From: Mobula hypostoma
Lineage: Eukaryota
Direction: 5' to 3'
NCBI RefSeq assembly: GCF_963921235.1
Contig: NC_086108.1
Location: 26,662,001 to 26,726,000 of the forward strand
Length of the DNA: 64,000 bases
The position numbers and the translations under genes were made by a program. Positions 37,301 to 49,690 of this stretch are shown piece by piece. The notes under the pieces are model-generated. The model was not told where the DNA came from, searched no databases, and saw only the letters and a list, made by a program, of their open reading frames with translations. The first letter of the stretch is position 1. Every line of letters starts with the position of its first letter.

Positions 37301-37590
37301 GAGGTACTGAAGCCAAGATTTTGAAGATTATTGATTAGTTTCAAGGGTATGATGGTATTAAATGCTGAGCAGTAATCAATAAAGAGTATCCTGATGCATG
37401 CATCTTTGCTGTTCAGGTGTTCCAGGGTTTAGTAAAGAGCCAATGAGAGGGCATCTGTTATGGATCAGTTGCTCTGGTAGTCAAATTGGAACATATCCAA
37501 GTTGCTTCTCAGGCAAAAGCTGATACATTTCATCACCAACCTCTCAAAACAGTTCATCACTGTGGACGTAAGTACAACTAGGCATCGGCT
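34305..37590 (-). mobile_element. Rex1/Babar-like LINE (RT plus 3' end) interrupted by a Gypsy element
   Basis: VVLTSTVMNCFERLV, VPQGCVCSPLLYS, KFADDTTVVG, LTNFYRC.V.SVLTGC; sequence resumes across 34593/36491. Confidence 0.8.
34594..36490 (-). mobile_element. Degenerate Gypsy LTR retrotransposon
   Basis: LTRs 36302-36490 and 34594-~34715; PBS TGGTGTCAGAAG (36301-36290, tRNA-Leu type); gag RLL.KKDLTLEKAVNMCR..E; protease KFDTRAQMNL; flanks TATCT / CATCC. Confidence 0.8.
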
Positions 37591-37989
37591 AAAGTGATGC
37601 CTATTTGAAGCAGGTCTTTGAGTTGTGGGAGGAAACTGCAGTAGTTGGGGAAAATCCATATGGTCACAAGGAGTATGTGGAATCATTACACAGTCTTGAG
37701 GTCAGACAGAAGTTCTACTCAATACTAATAAGCTGTACTCATACTGTATGTATACTGTATACACATGGAAGGTGGGTATCCCTGCTAATGCTTGCAGGAT
37801 TGCCCTTACTTGGCCCTAAACCAAAAAGACACTGGCGCTCATTGGTCAGACTGAAAAGGAATATACATTGGACCCATGAAGATTGGAATCAGAGAATAAT
37901 GTCAAATAGATGCATTAAATTGCCTGGAAATTCTAGACTTTTGAAAACATCTTTTACTTACTAGACTTGGTCGTGTCCAGTGGATACAT

Positions 37990-38112
37990 TCTCCCTCTCT
38001 CTCTCCCTCCCTCCCTCTCTCTCTCCCTCCCTCCCTCTCTTCTTTTCTCTCTCCTCCTTCCACCTCTCTCTCCCTCCCTTTCTCTTTCTCTCACTCTCCC
38101 ACTCTCTCTCTC
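37990..38112. repeat. (CT)n-rich microsatellite
   Basis: Visible directly in the sequence. Confidence 0.9.
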
Positions 38113-38149
38113 TACATGACGACTGGCTTGTTCTCATTCCCCCCACCAC

Positions 38150-38265
38150 TTCTTATTCTGACTTCTTTCCCTCCTTCCTTTCCAGTCCTGAAGAGCCATC
38201 AATGGTTGAATCCATTTCCATAGATGCTGCCTGACCTGAGTTCCTCCAGCATTTTGTGTGTGCAC
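38150..38265 (+). mobile_element. Old Penelope tail remnant
   Basis: ccttcctttccagtcctga...catagatgctgcctgacctgagttcctccagcattttgtgtg. Confidence 0.65.
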
Positions 38266-38961
38266 TCCTGGCCCTACAGCTCTATCCCTTATAGTTTGAT
38301 GGCTTGCAGTGCTGGAATGTTAAAAGAAAAATGACCAGTCATCCAATTGACAGTCACATTTAAGTACTTACTCCAGAATTTGACGGATGGGATCTCATGC
38401 TGAAAGCAACTTATTTTGAAGCTTGGCAGAGTGATGGATGACAAGAAGCGGATGAAAGAACTATCCTGTGCATAATTTCTTTTATTTTTTGATCATTTTG
38501 GAAGCGCTGCTTTACTTGGCATGTCGTTATTTCTCAGCGTTGTCTTTTATGAAAATACCACAATAACAGAAACACATCAAATTCTCTTTACCACAGCATG
38601 CAGTGCATTGTGCAATGACATTTAGCACTCAAACTGTTCTCCCTATGTCTCCAAATCTGACTACTAACACATCTCTAGCCTGGGGGATTGATATTAAATC
38701 AGCTGAGAAAAATGAGCTTTACTGAACACTATTATCAAATGAGATGATATACCTCCACATTCGCATAAAGCATTCTCCTCAGGCTCCAGGCCAGAACAAG
38801 AGGGATTCTTTAGGCTACAGTTTATACCAAGGTGGTGTCATATTTGCAGCCAGAGTAGTTCACTTGGCGATCTCTTCTGCTCAAATGTTTATTCTTTCAC
38901 ACTGACTCTTCACAGTCAGATAAGGGGTTCATCGCAATAGGGAGCAGATTATGTGTTAGAC

Positions 38962-40347
38962 TAGGGGTCGCCAACCCGTCGATTGCGTTCGACCGGTCGA
39001 TCTTTGAGACTTTCCCGGTGGATCCCGAAAAAAATCAAAAATAAATACCCAAATACTGTTGTAATGTGAGCATTATAAAAGTAAGTTATACTGATTAGGA
39101 TAATAGTAATATAGCAATATTTTCGCTACAAAGCTGTTTGTAAAGAGAGATTGTTTCTGGGTTACGGGGTTTTAGTTCCGTTCCTTCTGCCCAGTGCGCA
39201 TGTGTGTGGTTCCCCCGCCATGCACCGCGTTTTCAGTGTAGCCGGTGCTGCGTCAAAGTGACCGATCAGGTTTGATAAGAGTACAGACTGTCGCAAACAT
39301 CAATATACGGCAGTGGTCCCCAACCTCCGGGCCACGAAGAATGCAGTGGTGCAGCGGTAGTCGGGATGCACACAGCACATCTTTAAGAAAAAAAAATGAA
39401 ATAAGCAAGATAATCAATTAGCTGCCGCCTGGCACGTAAATGATGGCCCAGGTCAGAGGCGACGCAATCGGCAATCGCTTGTGATATCCTGATAGCGTCG
39501 TGGAGGTTCCACGAAAGAAGGTGAGAACGTACAAATTCCATCCAGAATGGGAAGAGGAATTTCTATTTACCTTGGTGAAAGACAAGTGTGTATGTATGTT
39601 GTGCCACCAAACACAAGCACTGACTAAAAGAGGGAATCTGGAGTGGCACCACAACACCAACCACCAGGAACTTAAAGACACCTACCCCACAAAGAGCGCA
39701 ATTCATGTCAGGAAAGTTGAGGAGCTGAAATCGGGGTTGAAGGCCCAGCAATCGTTTTCCACAAAACATTCTGCTCAAAATAAGGCTGCTATTGAAACAT
39801 CATTTCGTGTAAGTCACCTTTTGGCTAAACACAAGAAGCCTTTTACAAATGGCGATTTATTTAAGGAAGCAATGGCCATTACCGCAGAGTCTGTTTTTAA
39901 TGACTTTAAAAACAAAAGCGGCATCACAACCGCAATACATAATATACCGCTTGGCTCTGCAACAGAGACAAGGAGAGTAGAGTCATTGTCGGAGGACGTG
40001 GGTATTTTTCACTACAGTTCGATGAATCCCTGGATGTAATGCAAACAGTTCAGCTTGTTGTATTTGTCAGAATGGCTTTCCAGGATTTTACAACAAAGGA
40101 GGACTTCCTCACTCTTTTCCAATTAAAGGAGAGAACGAGAGGTGAGGATATTTACAATGATTTTAAAAAATATGTCCATGAAAATGACATCCCCATTCAT
40201 AAATTGGTGGCAATTACTACTGATGGGGCCCCAGCAATGCGCGATGTGTGCGTTAGCTTTATAGCACTAAAAGTCAGTGCCTACTTCAGGTCAACTTATC
40301 TATGTGAAATTGCATTTTCATAGATGAAAATTATTAAATCTAAGTAC
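38962..40347 (+). mobile_element. hAT (Charlie/SPIN, GTF2IRD2/ZBED-like) DNA transposon relic, internally deleted
   Basis: TIR-like tAGGGGTCGCCAAC after TGTTAGAC; BED finger (EWEEEFLF...CVCMLC...NL..HH..NH); FSLQFDES, ITTDGAPAM; then a jump to STYLCE.AFS.M..IKSK. Confidence 0.85.
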
Positions 40348-40419
40348 TCTTCCATCCCCAGTAATCCAAGATGTAGTATGTGTTGTAATATATGTAATTA
40401 TTGATATCAGTCTTTATCC

Positions 40420-40698
40420 AGTGACACAGCTGTTGGAGCTGGTGCTCCACAGCACCAGAGACTCTGGGTTCCTCCTCACATGTGGGCTCTGTCCTTTGTT
40501 GAGTTGGCATTATTCTTGTAATAGTGTGAGTTTCCTTTAAAAGTTCTGGCTTCCTCCCTCTTCAAAAAGATGTGTGAGTTGGGAGATTAAATTGGCCACA
40601 GTAAATTACCCTTAGTGATTTTGGTAAGAGACAGCATCTGAGAGAAGGTTGCTAGAATATGGGAACAATTTAGAAAAAGGTGGTGATTAATGAAGGAT
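40420..40698 (+). mobile_element. Decayed tRNA-derived SINE (HE1-like)
   Basis: cacagcaccagagactctgggttc B-box-like segment followed by the gagtttcc...ggcttcctcc..caaaaagatgtg body. Confidence 0.55.
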
Positions 40699-40699
40699 G

Positions 40700-41888
40700 T
40701 ATAGAAACATAGAAATCTACAGCACATTACAGGCCCTTTGACCCACAATGTTGTGCTGACTGTGTAACCTATTCCAGAAACTGCCTAGAGTTTCCCTACT
40801 GCATAGCCCTCTATTTTTCTAAGCTCTATGTATCTATCTAAGAGTCTCTTAAAAGACACCATTGTATCTACCTCTATCACATTTGCTGGCAGTGCATTCG
40901 ATGCATCCATCACTCTCTGTGTGAAAAACTTACCTCTGATATCCCCCTTGTACCTACTTCCAAACACTATAAAACTATGCTCCCTTGTCTTAGCCATTTC
41001 AGCTCTGGGAAAAAAACCTCTGGCTATCCACACGATGAATGCCTCTCATCATCTTATACGCTTCTACCAGGTCACCTCTCATCCTCCTTTAATCCAATAA
41101 GAAAAGGCCAAGTTCACTCAACCTATTCTCATAGCGCAAGCTCTCCAATCCAGGCATCATCCTTGTAAATCTCTTCTGCACACTCCCTATAATCTCCACA
41201 TCCTTCCTGTAGTGAGGCGACCAGAACTGAGCACAGTACTCCAAGGGGGGTCTGACCAGGGTGCTATATAGCTGCAACATTACCTCTCCGCTCTTGAACT
41301 CCATCCCATGGTTGATGAAGATCAATGCTTCAGTATGTTTTCTTAAACTCAGAGTCAACCTACGCAGCAGCTTTGACTGTCCTATGGACTCGCACCCCAA
41401 GATCCCCCTGATCCTCCGATCCTCCACATTGCCAAGAGTCTTACCATTAATATTATACTCTGCTATCATATTTGACCTACCAAAATGAACCTCTTCACAC
41501 TTATCTGGGTTGAACTCCATCTGCCACTTCTCAGCCGAGTTCTGCATCATACCGATGTCGCGCTGTAACCTCTGACAGCCTTCTAGACTATCCACAACAC
41601 CCCCAACGTTTGTATTATCAGCAAACTTACTAACTAAACTTGTACTTCCTCAACCAGGTCATTTATAAAAATTACTAAGAGGAGCGGTCCCAGAACAGAT
41701 CCCTGTGGAACACTGCTGATCACTGACCTCCATGCAGAATACGATCCATCTACAACCACCGTTTGCCTTCTGTGGGCAAGCCAATTCTGGATCAATGAAG
41801 CAAGGTCTCCTTGGATCCCATGCCTGCTTACTTTCTGAATGAGCCTTGCATGGAGGGAATTATCCATACACACTACATCCACTGCTCT
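40700..41888 (-). mobile_element. CR1 LINE 3' half, degenerate
   Basis: (CTATGTTT)n tail; VPQGSVLGPLL, WQMEFNPDKC, LVRPPLEYC.QFWSP. Confidence 0.9.
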
Positions 41889-44811
41889 GATTTGTGTAAA
41901 ATGTTAGATAGGACTGTCTGGGCACAAAGATTTGCTTCATGTTCTGCCTCTCTAAGACTCCGTGACAATACTGTATAAGGATAAACCCTTCCAGAAATCA
42001 ACTTTATAGAGTGCTAAATACAAGGCTTTCACTTGGCAAAGACTTGCTGCCTTTAGATACCTGGACCAATAAGATTAAACTGAGGTCAAGATTCCTTAAA
42101 CCAGTTGTAAATTACACCTGAAGTGTTTTGAATTTGTTCCAAAGAGTTGTCAGATTATTTTTGATGCATGGATCCAGTGCTACTGTCCTAACAGAACCAG
42201 ATGATGCTTCATGTAGCATCAACTCAAGAGAAGAGGATGTGGGCATTTAGATTCTCTCTCCTCAATAAGTTGGTCTGGCAGGGATGATTTAAAAAGAAAG
42301 TCATATCCTGAGACGGAAACTGATTTTCTTAGGCAAGGGTTTATACTGGAGAAAATGGAGTTAAGGGAAAAATCAGGAATGATGTATTCAAATGTGCCAG
42401 CAGGAACAATTAGATTGGAAGTGGTTGTTTGGCATATGTTTTGAAGAATCACCACCTCAAAATTGCATTTGTTCTATTCATTTCATTCCATTTCCTGGGA
42501 ATTCAGTGTAAATGATCCTCAGTTCCCAATACAATGAAGCAACACGGCAGAATATAATTTGTCTGCTGTGTCTGTGATTGAAACTTCTTCAGAGTGATTA
42601 TTTCTCCTTATTCCCTCTCTCAAGCTCCATCTGCATTATGTTTATTGTCTGGTCTCAAAAGCAGACAGTCTACCCCTAGTAAGATCATTGATAATCTGTT
42701 CTAACTTCTACCCAAATAGTCTCAGATCTGTGATTACCCCAGGCTAACTCTAACAAGATTGCTCATAGATGAGCTGCTGCAAACTAAAACCTTTACTGAA
42801 AGGAATAGATCTCACAGCTGAAACTAGAATTTGCTTATTTACAATGATCTTTGTTCAAATTCAAGCTACTTTGGGGAAATAAGAAAAGAATGTTGTTTGT
42901 GGTAAAGAAAAGAGGCCAGATGACCCAAATCTTGATTGGGGAAAGGCTGATTTGGCTTTCCAGGGAGAAAAGGATAAGCAGGGAATTCAGAGTGGACATC
43001 AAAGGTGATTGAAGCTACTGCCTTTTACAGGTTCCAGAACAAAGGGAAAATGAACCTTATGGGTTTTTCTTGAGACAGCAACCTACATTTTTCTGTAAAT
43101 AGAACCCCTGCTTAAATTGACTTCACTTAAAAAAAGTAGCCAAGAGGAGATGTTATAAAAGTTATGCAGGATCTGATAGGGTTTTGGAGTGGGAATATTT
43201 CTACTTGAGGGAAATGTTGTTAGGGGCCATCATTGTAAGACAGTCATCCAAGAATCCAATGGAGCAGTCAGAAGAATTGTTTTTACTTGAAGTGTGGTGA
43301 GAATGTGGAAATGACTTCCTGTGGTAGTCACTTCCTGTTGTAATGAACAGCACATTTAGATTTAAGTGGCATCTGGACAAGACTCTATGGGAGACACGAA
43401 CACAGGGATAAGCTGAGGAAATGTGGAGTATGTTTGAGTGGATCATAAACATTATTGGGAAGAGAGGCTATTTGTGGTGATTCAAACAAGTCATAGAGAA
43501 ACCTTCAAACAGTTGTGAATTTGTTACCTGAATACTGCAGGAAGGTTAGTAGAGCCATGATGAATAAGGCATCAGGTGGCATCACCTGGACTTGACTAGG
43601 ATCATTTGTGCTTCCTTACAGACACTGGGGTGAAAATGGTATTGTCGCACCCATGGAGATTGACTGTGGCCATGGAGAGCCCATAGTGGGGGCAGTAGGT
43701 TAATATGGAATTTTCTTGGAAGGGATTGAAGATAGCATCTAGGAGAGAAAAGGATCAAAGGAGAGGTAATGTAAACCAAGGACAATAGGAAATCAGAATG
43801 ATGGGAGTTTGCAGGATGGCTTTACTGGTTTGACCAGGAGATTTTGTTTGTTGTGACCAGTAAGTGGTGGTTTAGACAATCATTTGTGGATTAGAGAAAC
43901 TCAGAGCTGCACAAGACTATTTTCTTTACTACCACACTACTATTTACTCGGCAAGCTCAGAATTACACACAGTATTAAAAATTAATTTGTTCTTTAAAAT
44001 GTACTTGTATAGTAACAACAGCATCAAATCTTACAAGGAAATAAATTTATAATGTGTTTATGCTTGGAAAAGGAAAGGGTATTTTCAATGCGATTTACAC
44101 AACATCTTCCTTTCTCCTTCACATTTTTTCCTTTGCTTTAATATACAGAAGATTTCAAGAATGGAAACATCAATTCAAGTTATTTATTCAAGAATGGAAA
44201 CTGTCTAACTACCAGGAAGTGAAACTGTGGTCTGTTCTCAAATATAATTTCCCTTCAGTAGACCAGGACTTGCAAAGACCTGATCATTCAGAGCACTCTG
44301 AGGATAAAGTCCAAGTGAGTTTAACTTCTAACCATTCAGAATGACTTGTTGCAACTGTACAGGACAGTGATGAGTCCTCGTTTGGAGGACCATGTCCAGT
44401 CCTTGAAGTCAAGTTTGGAAGGAGTGGCAAAGATTAATAAGGATGATAGTGAATCCATGTGCTTGAGTTATAAGAAGAGACTGGACAGGCTGTGGCCTTT
44501 TCTCCTAGAATAGAAGATATGAGACTGAGCGATGATCTTATGGAGGTGTACTGTATAAATGATGAGGCACATAGATAGGGCTCACTGTATTTTTCCTAGT
44601 GTAGGTTCAAATATTCAAAGTATGCATATAGAATACAACTCGAAGAGAAGCATTTTTGACCATTGGTCAATCATGCAGCAGGCTGTATAGAATCTCCTGG
44701 AATATTTGTGGGAAAAGGAGACATTGGGTTCTGTTGGATCGTCCCTGAGTAGACTGACCTCATCATTAGAATGTTAAATACTTTGCTTGTCTGGAAAGAT
44801 GGTCCCTCCAC

Positions 44812-44823
44812 ATGAGAGTGAGC

Positions 44824-44861
<38 letters not shown>

Positions 44862-44890
44862 GAGAGGGAGAGAGAGGGAGAGAGAGAGAG
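44812..44890. repeat. (GA)n microsatellite
   Basis: Visible directly in the sequence. Confidence 0.95.
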
Positions 44891-45739
44891 TGCTGTCCTC
44901 ACCACCAACTCAATCTGCAACCTAAAAATCCAAGTACACGATATCCACTGATTTTCCGTTAGTCTACCCTGCTTGTTATTTCTTCAAAGAATTCCAACAA
45001 ATTTGTCAGGAAAGACTTTTCCTTGAGGAAACCATTTTGATTATGACCTATTCTCTATCCATACTAGTAACTTTCCTGTAATACCATGGGCTCTTTTTAT
45101 GGTTAGTTACAATTTATTAATGTGACATACATCTTTTATGCAAATAGAAGTAAATATTTTATATTAATATGGATGTGCTAGTTTGTAGATAGATAATCTG
45201 TGTGTTCTATGAGTAAAGATTTGGGGAAAGTATGTTTCCATTATGAGCAAGGATGGGAACAAAATGGTTTCGGGTGGATGATCCAGGCACAAAGGGAATG
45301 AAAGACTGAGTATAGGAAGTGGGCCTAAGGGAGAAAATGACAATTGTTTTGGAAATTAGCTCAAGCAGCTACTGACTGAGATCTGTTTCTTTTCTTTATG
45401 TTTGCATGTTCTAAGCAATCCCAGCCTAATCAGAGACATGAGAAACAAGGAGTGGGATGCAAAAGAATTAAATTATTCATTCATTTAATATTTAACTTTG
45501 CAAAAGATGATGGGAAGACAGCAGGAAAAGAAAAGCATTTTATCCTAGCTTCTTGCTTAATAATTCTGTTTATCTATTAGCTACAAATCAGCAATTACAT
45601 AAACCCTAAAGTTTGCAACAGGTATAATAGGTTAAATAAGCAGGATCATGCAAGAGAACAGTTATGCATCAAATTAAATCTCTCTTGGCATCATGAAATG
45701 TTAATGGTCATTCAGTTGGCAGAACAAATAGATAAAGCT

Positions 45740-48700
45740 TCTAGTTTACATGGAGAAACATACCCTCGGGGTTCTCCGAGAGAGAGGGAGAATGATGGAC
45801 CCAATCGGACGGATACAGTTAATTACAGGGAACCACTACAACCAAGAGCTAGGATAAGAGGCTCTGAGTGTCCAGTGTGTTGGTGTGGGAGAGCGTTTTC
45901 CAGCATTAAAGATTTACGAGTCCACCAAGCAAAGTTGAAGTGCTATTCCATCCCAGTGGATGAAGATGAGATTACTTCACCAAGCACAGATGATGTGGTC
46001 TTTTCAACCACTGATTCACAAGCCACAGCGATTCGCTCTGGAGAGCGTCATCATACTCCAGGTCAGACGAGAGACAACTCAGGTCAGGTTTCAGCCCACA
46101 GTACCCAGGTAGATCCTTCACATAATGGCAGTGGTGTGGAGGTAGAGAAGAACAGGAAGGTCAAGTGGCCAGCAATGGCAGATGAGAAGGCTTGGTGTGT
46201 GTTTCATGAGGATATCAGTATGATGTTGGAGAACACACTCAGGGGAACATCAAAGAGAAAGTTGGAAGTGATGGGCGATATGATTTACGATGTTGGAAAG
46301 TACAGGTTTGGTTTGGTTGAGTTGATGAAAGCAAAGCCTACACAGCAACCAAGCAGGCGCCAGAAGGAGATTAGTAGGTTGAGGAGAGAGCTTAGATCAT
46401 TGAGACAGAGGTGGAAGGTAGCAAGTGAGGGTGACAAGCCAGGGCTTGCTGATCTCCGAGAGCATTTTCGAATAAAGTTAGCATCACTCCGTCATGCAGA
46501 GTCACAACGTAAAAAGAGAAAGAAGAGAGAGAAGGCAAGAAAGTTGTTCTTTGAGAACCCTCACGAGTTCACAAAGAAACTATTTGAACAAAGAAGAGCG
46601 GGCAGCTTAACATCTCTCAACAAGAACTTGAGGATCACTTGGCAAGCACTTACTCTAACGAACAGCAGGAGACATTTCAGGGCTTGTGAAGCCTACCAAG
46701 CCAGGAGTGAAGTTCGATCTGTCAGAACCCAAACTGGCAGAAGTCGAAGGGTTCCTCAGAAAGGCAAGGTCAGGCTCAGTGCCAGGACCTAATGGAGTGC
46801 CGTATAAGGTGTTCAAGAAGTGTGAACAGCTGAGGAAATACTTGTGGAGATTGTTAAAGGTGGTGTGGAGACAAGGTGTTGTTCCTTTGTCATGGAGTGA
46901 GGCTGAAGGAGTATACATCCCGAAGGAAGAGAATTCTACGACATTGAATCAGTTCTGACCAATTTCACTCCTGAATGTAGAGGGGAAGATTACGTTTGGC
47001 ATTCTGGCAAAAAGAATACCTTCATTTGTGATAGAGAATGGATTAGTAAATACATCTATGCAGAAGGCAGGAGTACCAGGCTTCCCAGGCTGCCTTGAAC
47101 ATTCTAGTATGATATGGCATACCATCCAGGAGTCAAAAAGGTTGAGAAGAAATCTGGCTGTAGTTTGGCTTGATCTGGCAAATGTGTATGGTTCTGTTCC
47201 CCATGTCCTGATTGAGTTTGCAATGGAATTCCTATGGATTCCTGCTAAGGTGAGGAACTTTGCTATGCAGTACTGCAACAATTTCCGGATGAGGTTTTCC
47301 ACTCAGTAGTTTACAACTAGGTGGCAGAGCTTGGATGTTGGAATCCCAATAGGATGTGCAATTTCACCCATCCTTTTTGTGTTAGCCATGGAGGTAATTA
47401 AAAGGGATGCAGAATCAGTGGGACCAGGTGCCGTACTTGATGGCGGAGGGAAGTTACCACCAAAACGAGTGTTCAGGGATGATCTTACCCTTTTGGGTCC
47501 CAGCACGGAGGCAGTGGAAAATGTACTATCTAGACTTGAGGAGCTAATGGATTGGGGAAGAATGAAGTTCAAGACCAAGAAGTCAAGGAGCCTTGTTCTT
47601 AGGAGAGGGAAGCTGGTTGACTTTCATTTCACCCTTTGTGGAGAGGAGATTCCATCCATTCAGGACCAACCAGTTAAGAGCCTCGGGCGATGGTACACAG
47701 AGGAGCTGAGAGACACCAAGAGGGTTCAAAAGACAGAAGAACAGATCAGCAGAGGTCTGATGTCTGTTGACAAGTGTGGCTTGCCTGGCAATTTGAAGTT
47801 GTGGTGCTTGCAGTACGGACTGATGCCACGGATAATGTGGCCACTAACTGTCTATGAAGTGGCAATGTCCCATGTTGAGGCAATGGAACGGAAGATCAAC
47901 AAGTATGTGAAGAAGTGGCTTGGAGTACCGAGCAGCCTCACCAATGTTGCAATCCACAGTAGCCAGACAAAGCTTACCATCCCAGTGCAATCCCTTGTTG
48001 AAAAGGTCAAGGTAGCCAAGGTAAGATCATTCTTGATGCTTCAAGACTCAAAAGACCCTGTCATCAAGAACACCCAGCCGGATGTGAGATCAGGCAGGAA
48101 GTGGTCAGCCTGTGTAGCAGTTGATGAGGCAGAGTCTATTTGAAGCACAAGGAGACGGTTGGGGCTATCCAGCTAGGCCACCAGGGTCTTGGATGGACAA
48201 CCTACAAGTGGTGGTCATCTTCTACAGGTAAGGAGCGCCGTGAGCTTGTAACACAAGAAATACGAGAGGTAGAAGAGGAGAAGAGGTTAGCAAAAACAGC
48301 TGGTCTGGCCAAACAAGGGGCTTGGCCCCAGTGGAAAGTGTTGAACAACAACATCTATCTTGGACTGTTCTATGGCAGATGGAACTGCATTTCTTTTCTG
48401 TGCAGAGCAGCGTACGATCTGCTCCCAACACCTGCCAACCTCAGCACCTGGTATGAAGGTAAGACAGACAGGTGTGCTGCTTGTGGTGAGAAGGGAACAC
48501 TTCAACATATTTTGAGTGCATGCAGAGCCAATCTTTCCAGCAGCATGTACATTTGGAGACATAACAATGTTCTCAAAGTTGTAACAGAAGCAGTTGACCA
48601 GAGAGTACTGCAGCACAACTTGTCTCATGCCCCATGCTGCACAGAACATCGCATATCATTTGTGAAAGAAGGCTCCAAGTCAAGGGTGTACAGCGCAGGC

Positions 48701-49425
48701 TCATGATCAAGCATACTTTCTTCAGACAATGATTGGTGTGTCAAGGCTGACCTGGACGGGAAAGGCAGTTTCCCGGAGCAAATAGCTTTCACAACATTGC
48801 ATCCAGATATAATCGTATAGTCTGACAGCTGTAGAGAAGTGGTTATTGGTGAACTCACAGTCCCCTGGGAAGACAACATTGATGAAGCCCATGAGCGCAA
48901 GTTAACCAAGTATGCCGAATTAAGATAAGAGTGCAGAGACCGAGGGTGGAAGGTCTCATGCCATCCATTCGAAGTAGGCTGCCGTGGGTTTATTGTGTTC
49001 ACATCCCAGAAGTGGCTGCGTGACCTTGGCTTCACTAGAAGAGAGATCAAGTTCACCAGCAGGGCTGTAGCGGAGGCAGCAGAGAAAGGATCAGCATGGG
49101 TGTGGACCAAGTATGTCCAGAGGGGCAGATAGTCAGACAGCGTATACATATCTTGCAAACCCTTCAGTAGTTGCATAGACACCTGAAGAGCAGACTATCT
49201 GTTGGATGGAAGTGACCAACAACTCTGATAGAGGCAGATGCCAAGTTTTTAAACTCACCAGTGGGAGGTGGTGCTTTAGCACTGTTGGCCCACCACCTCG
49301 AGGGTGTCTTGATCATAAGCGGGCCGAAACTCCTGAAGACAGGTGGCAGATCAACTGATGATCCCACTGGTGATAGTACAGGACAGTTAACATCTTAGTC
49401 CACGCGTATTTTGTAATTCAGCGTT
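45740..49425 (+). mobile_element. Near full-length HERO-type (R2 superfamily) non-LTR retrotransposon with restriction-like endonuclease, disrupted
   Basis: N-terminal CWCG...LRVHQAKLKC finger; RT QKAGVPGFPGCLEH, WLDLAN.YGSVPH, GIPIGCAISP, FRDDLT; CAACG....QHILSAC knuckle; WRHNNVL; PDI...ELTVPWE....AHERK..KY; EVGCRG; ORF ends ~49132. Confidence 0.88.
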
Positions 49426-49544
49426 TTAAATATACAGAGTGGAAATAATAGCATTTGTCATGTATTCGCACTGCAGTGTGTAGGAATTTGTGGGCTGCTG
49501 AACTATCCCTGATGTCCAGTCCATAAGGAAGCCTTCTACCATGA

Positions 49545-49690
49545 GCTTCTTCAGCATCATCTTGATCTGAAACATCAACAGTTTCTTTCCTCCCACAGAA
49601 ACTGTTGATGCTGCTTGACCCATTGAGTTCTTCCAGCAGATTGTTTGTTGCTTCATGTTACAGTATCTGCAGTCCCTTGAGTCTTCATTG
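49545..49690 (+). mobile_element. Old Penelope tail remnant
   Basis: ctgaaacatcaacag...gatgctgcttgacc..tgagttcttccagca...atctgcagtc. Confidence 0.6.

Noticed and set aside
39500..40323. Domesticated ZBED/GTF2IRD2 gene
   Set aside because: Frameshift, stop, large deletion and a TIR-like end indicate a dead transposon
49320..49365. GAAAC plus CTGATGA as a hammerhead in the HERO 3' UTR
   Set aside because: Stems II and III cannot be formed properly and there is no well-placed cleavage triplet
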